Shown here piece after piece: positions 8,643-20,426 of a DNA stretch of 64,000 nt. Both the position numbers and the translations under genes were made by a program. Origin of the DNA: Pseudomonadota bacterium (GTDB taxonomy: Bacteria; Pseudomonadota; Gammaproteobacteria; Burkholderiales; Rhodocyclaceae). Every line of letters starts with the position of its first letter. Within the stretch, counting starts at the first letter, position 1. The notes under the pieces are model-generated. The model had not been told where the DNA came from and did not search any database. It saw only the letters and a program-made list of their open reading frames with translations. Where the stretch lies: assembly GCA_021849505.1 (NCBI GenBank), contig JAJZSW010000003.1, positions 811-64,810 on the forward strand, in the 5' to 3' direction.

Positions 8643-10496
8643 ATGGATCTGCAAACAACAATTTATCTGGTCGTCGGCGCCACCTTCGCGCTGTACATCG
8701 GCATCGCCATCTGGGCGCGCGCCGGTTCCACCAGCGAGTACTACGCGGCCGGCGGCAGCGTGCCTCCCGTCATGAACGGCATGGCGACCGCCGCCGACTG
8801 GATGTCGGCCGCATCCTTCATCTCGATGGCTGGCCTGATCGCCAACATGGGTTACGGCGGCGGCCTGTTCCTGATGGGCTGGACCGGCGGCTACGTGCTG
8901 CTGGCCTGCCTGCTCGCCCCCTACCTGCGCAAGTTCGGCAAGTTCACGGTGCCCCAGTTCATCGGTGACCGTTTCTACTCGCAGACGGCCTCCACCGTCG
9001 CGGTCGTCTGCCTGCTGGTCGCTTCGATCACCTACATCATCGGCCAGATGACGGGCGTCGGCGTTGCCTTCTCGCGCTTCCTCGGCGTCTCGTCCGACAC
9101 CGGCATCTACGTCGGCATGGCGATCGTGTTCTCCTACGCGGTGTTCGGCGGCATGAAGGGCATCACCTACACCCAGGTCGCCCAGTACATCGTGCTGATC
9201 ATTGCCTACATCATCCCGGCCGTGTTCATCTCCCTGGCGCTGACCGGCAATGCCATTCCGCAGCTCGGCCTCGGCGCCAGCATGTCCGGTACCGACATTT
9301 CGATGCTGCAGCGCCTCGACCAGGTCGTCACCGACCTCGGCTTCGGCAAGTACACGACCACGACCGCCGGCAGCACGCTGAACATGTTCGTCTACACGTT
9401 CTCGCTGATGATCGGCACCGCCGGCCTGCCGCACGTGATCATGAGATTCTTCACCGTGCCGAACGTCGCCGCCGCCCGCAGCTCCGCCGGCTGGGCGCTG
9501 GTCTTCATCGCGCTGCTCTACACCACCGCACCTGCCGTGGGCGCCATGGCCAAGCTGAACCTGCATGGCACGGTCAACAGCGCCGTGGGTATCGAGAGCA
9601 CTTCGACAGGCATGAAGGTCAATGCCGAGGCCATCAAGGCCAACGCCGACCTGTATGCGCCGGAAGCCAGCCTGGCGTACGAAGCCCGTCCGGACTGGAT
9701 GAAGCGCTGGGAAAAAACCGGCCTGCTGAAGTTCGAGGACAAGAACGGTGACGGCCGCATCCAGTACTACAACGACAAGACCAAGAACGAAGCCGCGAAA
9801 GCCAAGGCCGAAGCCGCCGGCTGGAAGGGCAACGAACTGACGGTCAACGCCGACATCATCGTGCTGGCCAACCCGGAAATCGCGCTGCTGCCGAACTGGG
9901 TGATCGCGCTGGTCGCCGCGGGCGGTCTCGCCGCCGCGCTGTCCACCGCCGCCGGCCTGCTGATGGCCATCTCCGCAGCGATCTCCCATGACCTGATCAA
10001 GGGCGTGTTCGTGCCCAACATCAGCGAGAAGGGCGAACTGATGGCCGGCAAGATCGCGATGGCCCTCGCCATCGTGGTGGCCGGCTGGCTCGGCTTGAAC
10101 CCGCCAGGCTTCGCGGCCGGTACGGTGGCCCTGGCCTTCGGTATCGCGGCCTCGTCGCTGTTCCCGGCGATCATGATGGGCATCTTCTCCAAGAAGATGA
10201 ACAAGGAAGGCGCCATCGCCGGCATGCTGTCTGGCCTCTTCGTCACCCTGTTCTACGTGTTCGCGCACAAGGGCATCTTCTTCATCAAGGGCACCGAGTA
10301 TCTGGACCTGATCGGTGGCGCCAACAGCTTCTTCGGCATCACGCCAGAAGCCATCGGCGGCATCGGCGCCCTGGTGAACTTTGCCGTGGCCTTCGCGGTC
10401 GACAAGATGACCAAGGAGCCGCCCGAGCACATCCAGCACATGGTCGAGGCCGTGCGCATCCCGCGCGGTTCGAAGGCCGTGGATGGCGCACACTAA
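8643..10496 (+). CDS. sodium:solute symporter large subunit (paralogue of 1931-4042)
   Basis: Start at MDLQTTIYLVVGATF, 14 nt after the DUF4212 stop. It shares the SSS motifs (AADWMSAASFISMAG, AAGGLAAALSTAAG). The hydrophilic insert differs from that of its paralogue. Confidence 0.85.
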   Translation: MDLQTTIYLVVGATFALYIGIAIWARAGSTSEYYAAGGSVPPVMNGMATAADWMSAASFISMAGLIANMGYGGGLFLMGWTGGYVLLACLLAPYLRKFGKFTVPQFIGDRFYSQTASTVAVVCLLVASITYIIGQMTGVGVAFSRFLGVSSDTGIYVGMAIVFSYAVFGGMKGITYTQVAQYIVLIIAYIIPAVFISLALTGNAIPQLGLGASMSGTDISMLQRLDQVVTDLGFGKYTTTTAGSTLNMFVYTFSLMIGTAGLPHVIMRFFTVPNVAAARSSAGWALVFIALLYTTAPAVGAMAKLNLHGTVNSAVGIESTSTGMKVNAEAIKANADLYAPEASLAYEARPDWMKRWEKTGLLKFEDKNGDGRIQYYNDKTKNEAAKAKAEAAGWKGNELTVNADIIVLANPEIALLPNWVIALVAAGGLAAALSTAAGLLMAISAAISHDLIKGVFVPNISEKGELMAGKIAMALAIVVAGWLGLNPPGFAAGTVALAFGIAASSLFPAIMMGIFSKKMNKEGAIAGMLSGLFVTLFYVFAHKGIFFIKGTEYLDLIGGANSFFGITPEAIGGIGALVNFAVAFAVDKMTKEPPEHIQHMVEAVRIPRGSKAVDGAH

Positions 10497-10508
10497 GCAG
10501 TAACCCAC

Positions 10509-10567
10509 CATCCGGGCGCAAGCCCGGATGCCTGAAGCCCCGCCGCGTTACACTGGCGGGGCTTTTT
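10509..10567 (+). terminator. two tandem hairpins; the second is a Rho-independent terminator
   Basis: CATCCGGGC-GCAA-GCCCGGATG, then AGCCCCGCC-N10-GGCGGGGCT followed by TTTTT. Confidence 0.8.
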
Positions 10568-10586
10568 GCTTCCGGAAGGGGAAATA

Positions 10587-10934
10587 ATGGTTTTCGATGT
10601 CAGCGTCGCCATGACGTGGCTGCTGTTCCTGGCACTTTTTCCGATCAGCTTCTACTGGCTGCGTCGCGCCTGGACCATTGCCGTCAAGCGCGACACTTCC
10701 GAGGTCGCCCTCAAGCGCGGCGAGGCGCCGCCGAACCAGGCCAAGTACGCGCCTTACGCGGTAATCATCAACCTGATCGGCGCGGGAGTGCTGATCTTCG
10801 TGATCATCGGCATCGTCGCGGGTTCGCTGGAATACGAAACCTGGTCGGCCATCGCCGGCTCGACCATCTGGCTGAAGATCATCCTCGACTTCGCCCTCAG
10901 CCGCCACGCCCACATGAAATTCGGCAGGCAGTAG
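10587..10934 (+). CDS. small membrane protein, function unknown
   Basis: ATG at 10587 (MVFDVSVAMTWLLFLALFPISFYW) preceded by GGAAGGGG. Three predicted TM helices. The 3' end overlaps the convergent 10897-11937 gene. Confidence 0.5.
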   Translation: MVFDVSVAMTWLLFLALFPISFYWLRRAWTIAVKRDTSEVALKRGEAPPNQAKYAPYAVIINLIGAGVLIFVIIGIVAGSLEYETWSAIAGSTIWLKIILDFALSRHAHMKFGRQ

Positions 10935-11937
10935 CCCGCGCCCGCAGCTGCCCGCAGGCGCCGGCGATGTCCTGCCCGGCCGACTGGCGCAGCTTGGTCA
11001 GGATGCCGTGGCGATAAAGGTGCAGCGACATGGCCGCCGCGCGCTCGGCGGACGGCCGCCGGAAACCGGAGCCCGCGACGTCGTTATAGGGGATCAGGTT
11101 CATCACCGCGTACTTGCCGGCCAGCAGGCGCACGATGCCTTCGAGTTCCGCGTCGCTGTCGTTGACAGCTTCAAGCAGTGTCCATTGATACTGGATCGGG
11201 TAGCCGGTGGCCCGCGCATAGTTTTCGCCGAGCTCGACCAGTTCCTCCGGGTCGATGCGCGGCGCACGCGGCAGGAGCTGCGCACGCAAGTCAGCGTTGG
11301 TCGTATGCAGCGACAGAGCCAGCGCCGGCTTGACCGTTCCCCGGGGCAGCCGTTCGAACACGCGCCGGTCCCCGACAGTTGAAAAGACCAGACTCTTGTG
11401 GCCGATGCCGCCCGCGGTACCGAGCAGGTCGATGGCCTCGAGCACATTGTCCAGGTTGTGCGCCGGCTCGCCCATGCCCATGAAGGCCACCTTCTTCACG
11501 GGACGGCGCGCGCGCGCCAGCACGACCTGCGCGACGATCTCTGCGCTGCCGAGCTGGCGCAGCAGGCCGCCCTGCCCGGTCATGCAGAACGTGCACCCCA
11601 CCGCGCAGCCGGCCTGCGTCGACACGCACACGCCATCGCGCGGCAGCAGCACGCTCTCCACCGTCTGGCCGTCGGCGAGTTCCACCAGCAGGCGGGAAGA
11701 ACCATCCTCGCTCGCATGTTCATCTCGCACCCGCGCCAACGCCTTCAATTCCGCTGCAAGCACCGGAAGCGCGGCGCATACCGACTTGGGCGGCGCATGC
11801 GCCCGCGCACAGGCATCCAGCGGCCGCGCCTGCGTCCAGTTGTACAGCAGGCGCTGTTCGTGGCAGGGCCGGGCGCCGGCCGCGCGCAGGCGTTGCCGCA
11901 GTTCTCTGATGCGGGTCAGGGCAGAGTTTTCATCCAT
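10897..11937 (-). CDS. RlmN/Cfr-family radical SAM RNA methyltransferase paralogue
   Basis: CxxxCxxC cluster (AGCAVGCTFCMTG), FMGMGEPAHNL, and a C-terminal conserved Cys (AGACGQL). Confidence 0.8.
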   Translation of the reverse strand: MDENSALTRIRELRQRLRAAGARPCHEQRLLYNWTQARPLDACARAHAPPKSVCAALPVLAAELKALARVRDEHASEDGSSRLLVELADGQTVESVLLPRDGVCVSTQAGCAVGCTFCMTGQGGLLRQLGSAEIVAQVVLARARRPVKKVAFMGMGEPAHNLDNVLEAIDLLGTAGGIGHKSLVFSTVGDRRVFERLPRGTVKPALALSLHTTNADLRAQLLPRAPRIDPEELVELGENYARATGYPIQYQWTLLEAVNDSDAELEGIVRLLAGKYAVMNLIPYNDVAGSGFRRPSAERAAAMSLHLYRHGILTKLRQSAGQDIAGACGQLRARATACRISCGRGG

Positions 11938-11949
11938 GCTCGAATTATC

Positions 11950-11974
11950 GTGCCGTCCCGCCAGCGCCGACTTT
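11950..11974 (-). repeat. dispersed 25-mer, copy 3 (consensus)
   Basis: The + strand reads GTGCCGTCCCGCCAGCGCCGACTTT. It lies between groEL and the RlmN-like gene. Confidence 0.9.
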
Positions 11975-12081
11975 CATTCAGCAAAAGAAAACGCCCCGCA
12001 CGGTTTCCCGCGCGAGGCGCTTTTCAGGAGGAAGGTGGGTAACGGGAGGAAACCACGTTTCCTCCTGTTCCCAGCTTGGAC

Positions 12082-13756
<1,675 letters not shown>

Positions 13757-13789
13757 TTATCTCTCCAGTGAATTCGGTTGATTAAGCGT

Positions 13790-14080
13790 TTAGGCTTCGA
13801 CGACGCCCATGATGTCTTCTTCGCGCATGACGAGCAGTTCCTCGCCCTCGACCTTGACGGTCTGGCCGGAGTACTTGCCGAAGAGCACGCGGTCGCCGGC
13901 CTTGACGGCCATCGGACGGACCTTGCCGTCGTCCATGATCTTGCCGTTGCCCACGGCGATGATTTCACCCTGATCGGGCTTCTCGCCGGCGGAATCGGGG
14001 ATGACGATGCCGGAGGCGGTGGTGCGCTCGGCTTCAACACGCTTGACGATCACGCGATCATGCAAGGGACGGATTTTCAT
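13790..14080 (-). CDS. groES: co-chaperonin GroES
   Basis: Start moved to [18 protein letters not shown] (ATG 14080) with an AAGGAGAA Shine-Dalgarno. 96 aa. Confidence 0.97.
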   Translation of the reverse strand: MKIRPLHDRVIVKRVEAERTTASGIVIPDSAGEKPDQGEIIAVGNGKIMDDGKVRPMAVKAGDRVLFGKYSGQTVKVEGEELLVMREEDIMGVVEA

Positions 14081-14153
14081 GAATTTTCTCCTTCTGGACT
14101 GAGCCGCCACTGGCGGCGCTTCAACTGTTTGTAGGATTCGGGACAACAGGCTG

Positions 14154-14180
14154 TTAGCACTCATTGCCAACGAGTGCTAA
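14154..14180. promoter_or_regulatory. CIRCE operator (HrcA binding site)
   Basis: TTAGCACTC-ATTGCCAAC-GAGTGCTAA is a perfect match to the CIRCE consensus TTAGCACTC-N9-GAGTGCTAA. It lies 74-100 nt upstream of groES. Confidence 0.92.
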
Positions 14181-14208
14181 TAATAAAGCCCGTCAGTAGG
14201 GTTTTCAA
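14180..14208 (-). promoter_or_regulatory. sigma70-type promoter of groESL
   Basis: On the minus strand: TTGAAA (14208-14203), a 17-nt spacer, then TATTAT (14185-14180). The -10 abuts CIRCE. Confidence 0.55.
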
Positions 14209-14246
14209 GGGTTGCGGCCGCTTTTTTTGCGGCGATAATTGTTTCC

Positions 14247-15188
14247 ATGGGATTTTTTGACTGGCTCAAACCTTCGCCGCCACTCGATGCCGCACTGCGG
14301 GCACGCGTCGATCAGGCTGCCGCGGCGATCGATCCACGCATCCGGCAGTTGGGCACGCACGAGAAAATCCTCGCCCCGGCGGTCACGCTGGCCTGGGATT
14401 ACTGCGAACGGCTGGCCCTGGCGATTCCCGGTCCGTTTGCCGTGGCGCATGCCGCCTTCGCCAGCGATCCGCTCGTGCATGCGCTGTTCGGCAGCGCAGA
14501 TGATATTTACCGGATGCTGGCGACCAGCCAGGGCGTCCGCGAATACCTGGACGGTCATCCGGCCGAGACGCATTGCTTCGCCCTCCTCGGCATGCGGCGC
14601 AAGGTCGCCGCCGGCTACGGCATGCGGCTGGCGGGCGAAATGGTGCGGGGCGACGAACCGGTGAAGACCCTGTCGTTCGCCGATCACACCATCGGGGAGG
14701 TGGGTGCCAGCCTCGACGAGGTGCAGGGGCGGCTGGCGCGGACGATGTTCGACAGTCTGCTGCAGGGTCTTCTCCCCACGGTCGAAGCGCTGCGCCAGGA
14801 GCGCATCGCGCTGCAGGAAGACCTTGCGCTGACGCGCGTCCGGGTACGCCAGGGCAGCGCCGACGCGACGCGCCAGCAAGCCGCGCTCGAAAGCCGGCTG
14901 CGGGAAATCGCCGCGGCCCTGGAACCGGAACGCCTCTGCGCCGATCTTGCCGCCCACCTTGCGCGCCCCGAGAGCGCATTGCATCTGGACACCCTGCGTT
15001 ACCGGATCGACCGGTTCGGCGTCATCGCGGAGGATGCCGCGCAAAAGGAAACCGATGCCTTGCGCTTCGTCGAGCTCGTCGGGCGCGACCAGCGCCACTG
15101 GACGGTCATGCTCGTCAAGATCGACAACGCCGAAGCCCGCATCGCCATCGAGCGTTTCGAAGCGGGTCGCCGCTACATCGTCATATGA
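14247..15188 (+). CDS. hypothetical protein
   Basis: 313-aa ORF with coding-like composition. Its stop overlaps the dacB start (ATGA). No family recognised. Confidence 0.55.
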   Translation: MGFFDWLKPSPPLDAALRARVDQAAAAIDPRIRQLGTHEKILAPAVTLAWDYCERLALAIPGPFAVAHAAFASDPLVHALFGSADDIYRMLATSQGVREYLDGHPAETHCFALLGMRRKVAAGYGMRLAGEMVRGDEPVKTLSFADHTIGEVGASLDEVQGRLARTMFDSLLQGLLPTVEALRQERIALQEDLALTRVRVRQGSADATRQQAALESRLREIAAALEPERLCADLAAHLARPESALHLDTLRYRIDRFGVIAEDAAQKETDALRFVELVGRDQRHWTVMLVKIDNAEARIAIERFEAGRRYIVI

Positions 15189-16582
15189 TCCGCGCCTTGC
15201 TGTTCCTCCTCGCGACCCTGGTCGCCGCGCCGCCCGGTGGCGCCACCGAACCCCGCGGGCTGCCGCCCGCCGTGCAGCAGGCGCTCAAGGCGGCCAGCAT
15301 TCCGCCCCAGGCGGTCGCCGTCGTCGTGCGCCCCGTCGACGGCGAGAAGGCCGTGCTGCGCCATCGCGGCGACGCGGCGCTGAACCCGGCTTCGCTGATG
15401 AAGCTCGTCGTCACGACCGCCGGGCTGGAGTTGCTCGGCCCCGCCTACACCTGGCGCACCGAGGCGCTCGCCGATGGCGCGCCCGACAGCCAGGCCGTGC
15501 TCGCCGGCGATCTCTACCTGCGCGGCAGCGGCGACCCGAAGCTGACCTACGACCGGCTCTGGCTGCTGCTGCGCGAGCTGCGCGGCCGCGGGCTGCGCGA
15601 GATTCGCGGCGACCTGGTCATCGACCGGACCGCCTTCGCGCCCATCGACCACGATCCGGCCGCTTTCGACGGCAAGCTGCTGCGCCCCTACAACGTCGGC
15701 CCGGACGCACTGCTGTTCAACTTCGCCACGCTGCACCTGACGCTGGTGCCGGAACAGCAGACGGTGCGCGTACTGGCCGAGCCGCTGCCGACGGACTTCG
15801 AGATCGTCAACAAGTTGCAGCTCGGCGAAAACGGTGCCTGCGGCGACTGGCGCGAGCGCCTCGAAGCGCGGCTGACGCCGAGTCGGCTGACGCTCTCTGG
15901 CAGTTATCCGCGCAGTTGCGGCGAGAAGCGCTGGCACCTCGCCGGCCTGTCGAACGGGCCGCTGCTGCACGGCGTATTCACCCGACTGTGGCGCGAGCTC
16001 GGGGGCAAGTTTGCCGGACAGTTGAAAGAAGGCACCGCGCCGGCCGGTGCCCTGCTCCTCGCCGCCAGCGAATCGCCGCCGCTCGGCGAACTCGTGCGCG
16101 ACATCAACAAGTACTCGAACAACGTCATGGCGCGCCAGCTCTTTCTGAAAGTCGGCGCTGGCGAGACGGCACTGGCGGATAAAAATATCCGCCAGTGGCT
16201 CGCGAACAAGGGCCTCGACTTCCCCGAGCTGGTGCTCGACAACGGCTCGGGCCTCTCTCGGCGCGAGCGCATCTCCGCCGACCATCTCGTTGAATTGCTC
16301 GCGGCAGCGTGGGCCAGTCCGATCATGCCGGAACTGATCGCCTCGCTGCCGATCGTCGCCCACGACGGCACTGCGAAGAAGCGCTACAACGGCGTCCGCT
16401 ACGCCGGACAGGCACACCTCAAGACCGGATCGCTTGAAGGCGTGCGCGGCATCGCCGGCTACCTGCTCGACCAGCGCGGCAAGCGCCACATCGTCGTGTT
16501 CATCGTCAACCATCCGAACGCCGCGCAGGCGCAGCCGGCCTTCGACGCGCTGCTCGACGGACTATGGCACGGCGCATCCTGA
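15185..16582 (+). CDS. dacB: D-alanyl-D-alanine carboxypeptidase/endopeptidase (PBP4)
   Basis: Start at MIRALLFLLATLVAAPPG (signal peptide). S13 peptidase motifs: NPASLMKL (SxxK), YSNN (SxN) and HLKTGSL (KTG). Confidence 0.85.
   Translation: MIRALLFLLATLVAAPPGGATEPRGLPPAVQQALKAASIPPQAVAVVVRPVDGEKAVLRHRGDAALNPASLMKLVVTTAGLELLGPAYTWRTEALADGAPDSQAVLAGDLYLRGSGDPKLTYDRLWLLLRELRGRGLREIRGDLVIDRTAFAPIDHDPAAFDGKLLRPYNVGPDALLFNFATLHLTLVPEQQTVRVLAEPLPTDFEIVNKLQLGENGACGDWRERLEARLTPSRLTLSGSYPRSCGEKRWHLAGLSNGPLLHGVFTRLWRELGGKFAGQLKEGTAPAGALLLAASESPPLGELVRDINKYSNNVMARQLFLKVGAGETALADKNIRQWLANKGLDFPELVLDNGSGLSRRERISADHLVELLAAAWASPIMPELIASLPIVAHDGTAKKRYNGVRYAGQAHLKTGSLEGVRGIAGYLLDQRGKRHIVVFIVNHPNAAQAQPAFDALLDGLWHGAS
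16148..16172 (+). repeat. dispersed 25-mer, copy 4 (inside dacB, in frame)
   Basis: AAAGTCGGCGCTGGCGAGACGGCAC encodes KVGAGETA(L). Confidence 0.9.
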
Positions 16583-16800
16583 CGCTGCTGTTCGCTTTCG
16601 CCGCAATGGTGCTCGGCATCGAGGGCATCCGGCGCGCCGTCGACTGGTGGCACGGCACCCTTCCCGGGCCGCTCGATTTCGTGCTGATCGCCAGCCTGCC
16701 GCTGATCGGCTGGCTGTGGTGGCGCTACCTGTCGCCCTTCGGCAAGGGGCGCGGGCAATGCCTCGATGGCACCTGCGCACGCGACGCCGACGAAAAGTAA
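16564..16800 (+). CDS. possible small membrane protein
   Basis: 78-aa ORF with two hydrophobic helices. Its stop abuts the PiT GTG start and it overlaps the dacB 3' end by 19 nt. No homology recognised. Confidence 0.35.
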   Translation: MARRILTLLFAFAAMVLGIEGIRRAVDWWHGTLPGPLDFVLIASLPLIGWLWWRYLSPFGKGRGQCLDGTCARDADEK

Positions 16801-17853
16801 GTGGACACGCTCTTCCTCCTTGCGGTCGCGGCCGTGCTGATCGTGCTGGTGTTCGACTACACCAACGGTTTCCACGACGCCGCCAACATCGTCGCCAGCG
16901 TGATCGCCTCGCGCGCGATGACGCCGGTGCAGGCCATCCTCGTCGTCGCCACCTTCGAGTTCCTCGGTCCGCTGCTCGGCGGCACCGCGGTGGCCAACAC
17001 CATCGGCAAGTTCGTCGATCTCGACGGCGTCGATGCCATTCTCGCCCTGCAGATCCTGGTCTGCGGCCTGTGCGGCGCGATCGCCTGGAACCTGCTGACC
17101 TGGTGGCGCGGCATCCCCTCCTCGTCCTCGCATGCGCTGGTCGGCGGGCTGATCGGGGCGGTGGTCGTCGCGGCCGGCGCCGACCATGTGGTGTGGGGCT
17201 TCGCAGAACTCGCGCACGGCCACGTCACCGGCATCGTCAAGGTGCTGGCGGCGCTGATCCTGTCGCCACTGATCGGGTTCTGGGCCGGCTTCCTGCTGCA
17301 TCGCTTCATGCTCGGCCTGCTGCGCGGCGCGCGCCCGGCGATCAACCGCAAGCTGCGCAACGCGCAATACTTCACCGCCGCCGGCCTCGCCTTCTCGCAC
17401 GGCGCCAACGATGCGCAGAAGAGCATGGGCATCCTCACGCTGGTGCTCCTGCTGGGCGGGTTCATCGACAGCTTCGCGGTGCCCTTCTGGGTGATGCTCG
17501 CCTGCGCCGTCGCGATGACGCTGGGCATCCTCTCCGGCGGCTGGCGCATCGTGCGCACGCTCGGCTTCGCGATCTACAAGGTGCGGCCGGTGCACGCGCT
17601 CGATTCGCAGCTGACCTCGGCCGCCGTGATCTTCACCGCCTCGGCCATCGGCGCGCCGGTGTCGACGACGCACGTCGTCGCCACCTCGATCATGGGCATC
17701 GGCGCCTCGGAACGCCCGAAGGCCGTGCGCTGGGCCAAGGCGCGCGAGATCGCCACCACCTGGATCATCACCATCCCCGGCGCGGCCACCCTATCGATCG
17801 CCTGCTATCTGCTGCTCAATTTCTTCCCTGTCCTCACCGGGAGCACGCCATGA
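16801..17853 (+). CDS. pit: inorganic phosphate transporter, PiT family
   Basis: GTG start. Both PiT signature repeats are present (NGFHDAANIV and FSHGANDAQKSMG). Confidence 0.9.
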   Translation: MDTLFLLAVAAVLIVLVFDYTNGFHDAANIVASVIASRAMTPVQAILVVATFEFLGPLLGGTAVANTIGKFVDLDGVDAILALQILVCGLCGAIAWNLLTWWRGIPSSSSHALVGGLIGAVVVAAGADHVVWGFAELAHGHVTGIVKVLAALILSPLIGFWAGFLLHRFMLGLLRGARPAINRKLRNAQYFTAAGLAFSHGANDAQKSMGILTLVLLLGGFIDSFAVPFWVMLACAVAMTLGILSGGWRIVRTLGFAIYKVRPVHALDSQLTSAAVIFTASAIGAPVSTTHVVATSIMGIGASERPKAVRWAKAREIATTWIITIPGAATLSIACYLLLNFFPVLTGSTP

Positions 17854-18488
17854 ACGAAGAGAAATCCCTGCTGGTCCGCCTCTACGAGCGCTTCTTCCCG
17901 AAGACCGCCGACTTCTTCGGGCTGCTGACGGAACAGAGCCGCCAGGTCGAGCATACCGTCGCGCTGCTGGTGCGCTACATGGAAACCGGCGACGACGCGA
18001 TCGGCCAGCAGATCAAGGATGACGAACACGCGGCCGACACGGTCAAGGTACGCAACATCCACACGCTCAACGAAGCCTTCTCGACGCCGATCGACCGCGA
18101 GGACATCTACCGCGCGATCACCACCCTCGACCAGGTGGTGAATGCCTGCAAGGATGCGGTGAACGAAATGCACGCGCTGGACCTCAAGCCCGACGCCTTC
18201 ACGCTCGAAATGGCGCGCCTGCTGCACGCCGGCGTCGTCGCGCTCGGGGAAGGCTATGCCAAGCTCGGCCGCCTGCCGGCCGCCTCGTCGGTGGATGCCG
18301 ACGTCGCGCGCAAGGCCGAGCGCAAGGTGGAAAAGCTTTATCGCAAGGCGCTCGCCCAGCTGTTCCAGGGCGACGACTACATCCAGATGTTCAAGCGCCG
18401 CGAGATCTACCGCCACCTCACCAACGCGGCCGAGCGCATGGCGGCCTGCGCCAACACGCTGCACGACATCGTGGTGAAGATGGTCTGA
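17850..18488 (+). CDS. DUF47 (PhoU-like) protein associated with PiT
   Basis: MNEEKSLLVRLYERFFPKTADFFGLLTEQ... The ATG overlaps the PiT stop (ATGA). Confidence 0.85.
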   Translation: MNEEKSLLVRLYERFFPKTADFFGLLTEQSRQVEHTVALLVRYMETGDDAIGQQIKDDEHAADTVKVRNIHTLNEAFSTPIDREDIYRAITTLDQVVNACKDAVNEMHALDLKPDAFTLEMARLLHAGVVALGEGYAKLGRLPAASSVDADVARKAERKVEKLYRKALAQLFQGDDYIQMFKRREIYRHLTNAAERMAACANTLHDIVVKMV

Positions 18489-18513
18489 AAAGTCGGCGCC
18501 GGCAGGACGGCAC
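18489..18513 (+). repeat. dispersed 25-mer, copy 5
   Basis: AAAGTCGGCGCCGGCAGGACGGCAC begins 1 nt after the DUF47 stop codon. Confidence 0.8.
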
Positions 18514-18522
18514 CGCTTCGCT

Positions 18523-18945
18523 TCAGCCGGCGGGCACCGGCATCGGGTTACGGCTTACGAGGGCCGCCCAGCCACGGATGACGCGATACAGCACCCAGAG
18601 GCCGGTAATGGCGATCACCAGGATCGCGGCGGGAATGCCGATCAGCGTCACGGTCAGCAGACCGGCGACCAGCAGCCACAGTGCCGCATACCAGAAAGTG
18701 CGCAGTTGCCAGCGCCAGTGCGTGTCGAGCCAGGTGCCGCGCACGTTGCCGCGCGTCACGTAGTTGATGATCACGGCGATGATCGACGGCCAGCCGAAGA
18801 CGAAGGCGCCGATGATCGAGGCCGAGGTGAGGATGCCCGAGAGCGCCGAAAGCGCATGCAGGCCGTACATGATGTGGCACCAGGCCCGCGAGCCGTCCAA
18901 TTTATCGCTGCGGATGATTTCACCATTCTGATCAAAGTCGGCCAT
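18523..18945 (-). CDS. conserved inner-membrane protein, function unknown
   Basis: Start moved to the ATG at 18945 (MADFDQNGEII) with an AAGGAAAA Shine-Dalgarno. Several TM helices. Confidence 0.6.
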   Translation of the reverse strand: MADFDQNGEIIRSDKLDGSRAWCHIMYGLHALSALSGILTSASIIGAFVFGWPSIIAVIINYVTRGNVRGTWLDTHWRWQLRTFWYAALWLLVAGLLTVTLIGIPAAILVIAITGLWVLYRVIRGWAALVSRNPMPVPAG

Positions 18946-18953
18946 GATTTTCC

Positions 18954-20426
18954 TTACAGTCCAAGTTGAGTCCAAAGGTCGTCGACGCGCCGTTTCACGG
19001 CCGCGTCCATGACGATCGGCCGACCCCACTCGCGCTGCGTTTCGCCCGGCCATTTGTTCGTCGCGTCGATGCCCATCTTGCTGCCCAGCCCGGCGACCGG
19101 CGAGGCGAAGTCGAGGTAGTCGATCGGCGTGTTTTCCGCGATCAGGGTGTCGCGTGCCGCATCGACACGGGTCGTCATGGCCCAGATCACTTCTTTCCAG
19201 TCGCGCACGTCGATGTCGTCATCCACCACGATGATGAACTTGGTGTACATGAACTGGCGCAGGAAGCTCCAGATTCCGAACATCACGCGTTTGGCGTGGC
19301 CGGGATACTGCTTCTTGAGGCTCACCACCGCGAGGCGGTAGGAGCAACCTTCCGGCGGCAGGTAGAAGTCGGCGATCTCGGGGAACTGCTTCTGCAGCAG
19401 CGGCACGAAGACCTCGTTGAGCGCGACGCCGAGCATCGCCGGCTCGTCGGGCGGCTTGCCGGTGTAGGTCGAGTGATAGATCGGCTCGCGCCGCATCGTC
19501 ATGCGCTCGATCGTGAACACCGGGAACTCGGCCTGCTCGTTGTAATAGCCGGTGTGGTCGCCGTACGGCCCTTCCGTCGCGACTTCGCCGGGGTGAATCA
19601 CGCCTTCGAGCACGATCTCGGCACGCGCCGGTACCTGCAGGTCGGAGCCGATGCACTTCGTCAGCTCGGTCTTGCCGCCGCGCAGCAGGCCAGCAAACTG
19701 GTATTCAGACAGCGTGTCGGGCACCGGCGTCACCGCGCCGAGGATGGTCGCCGGATCGCAGCCGAGCACCACTGCGACGGGGAAGGGCGTGCCGGGATTC
19801 TTTTGGCAATGGTCGCGAAAGTCGAGCGCGCCGCCGCGATGGGCGAGCCAGCGCATGATCACCTTGTTGCGCGCAATTACCTGTTGGCGGTAGATGCCGA
19901 GATTTTGCCGCGGCTTGTTGGGCCCGCGCGTCACCGTCAGCCCCCAGGTAATCAGCGGCGCGGCGTCGCCGGGCCAGCAGGTCATCACCGGCAGGCGGGA
20001 AAGGTCGACCTGGCTGCCTTCCCAGACAATTTCCTGGCAGGGTGCCGCGGAAACCATCTTCGGCGCCATGTTGAGCACCTGCTTGAGAATGGGCAGCTTC
20101 TCCCAGGCGTCACGCAGGCCCTTGGGCGGCTCGGGTTCCTTGAGATAGGCCAGCAGCCTGCCGACTTCGCGCAGAGAGGTTTTCCAGTCTTCGTCCGCGC
20201 CCATGCCGAGGGCGACACGTTGCGGCGTGCCGAAGAGGTTGGCCAAGACCGGCATCTCACCATTCTTCGGCTTTTCGAACAGCAGCGCCGGTCCGCCGGT
20301 CCGCAGCACGCGGTCGGCAATCTCGGTCATCTCCAGTTTCGGATCGACCGGCACGGCAATGCGCTTCAGTTCGCCTTGCTGTTCCAGGCGCGCCATGAAT
20401 TCGCGCAGGTCGTGGGCGGCGTTCAT
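18954..20426 (-). CDS. ubiD: 4-hydroxy-3-polyprenylbenzoate decarboxylase UbiD
   Basis: Start at [23 protein letters not shown], overlapping the ubiA stop (ATGA). The translation follows the UbiD family along its whole length. Confidence 0.92.
   Translation of the reverse strand: MNAAHDLREFMARLEQQGELKRIAVPVDPKLEMTEIADRVLRTGGPALLFEKPKNGEMPVLANLFGTPQRVALGMGADEDWKTSLREVGRLLAYLKEPEPPKGLRDAWEKLPILKQVLNMAPKMVSAAPCQEIVWEGSQVDLSRLPVMTCWPGDAAPLITWGLTVTRGPNKPRQNLGIYRQQVIARNKVIMRWLAHRGGALDFRDHCQKNPGTPFPVAVVLGCDPATILGAVTPVPDTLSEYQFAGLLRGGKTELTKCIGSDLQVPARAEIVLEGVIHPGEVATEGPYGDHTGYYNEQAEFPVFTIERMTMRREPIYHSTYTGKPPDEPAMLGVALNEVFVPLLQKQFPEIADFYLPPEGCSYRLAVVSLKKQYPGHAKRVMFGIWSFLRQFMYTKFIIVVDDDIDVRDWKEVIWAMTTRVDAARDTLIAENTPIDYLDFASPVAGLGSKMGIDATNKWPGETQREWGRPIVMDAAVKRRVDDLWTQLGL

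Noticed and set aside
8421-10511. 696-aa ORF on the minus strand. Similar long antisense ORFs occur at 11255-13771 (+), 28339-30777 (+), 43561-45564 (+), 54635-58123 (+) and 61080-62447 (-).
   Set aside because: All lie opposite well-supported genes (symporter, groEL, nadE, the MCP-like and NPD genes, ccoI and the SDR gene, porin). All translate to Arg/Gly/His-rich sequence with no motifs. I treat them as GC-driven open frames.
16564-17853. Gene order PiT followed by DUF47 as a possible anomaly; in my recollection DUF47 usually comes first.
   Set aside because: I cannot verify the usual order without a database. Both genes are intact and translationally coupled, so this is not reportable as unusual.
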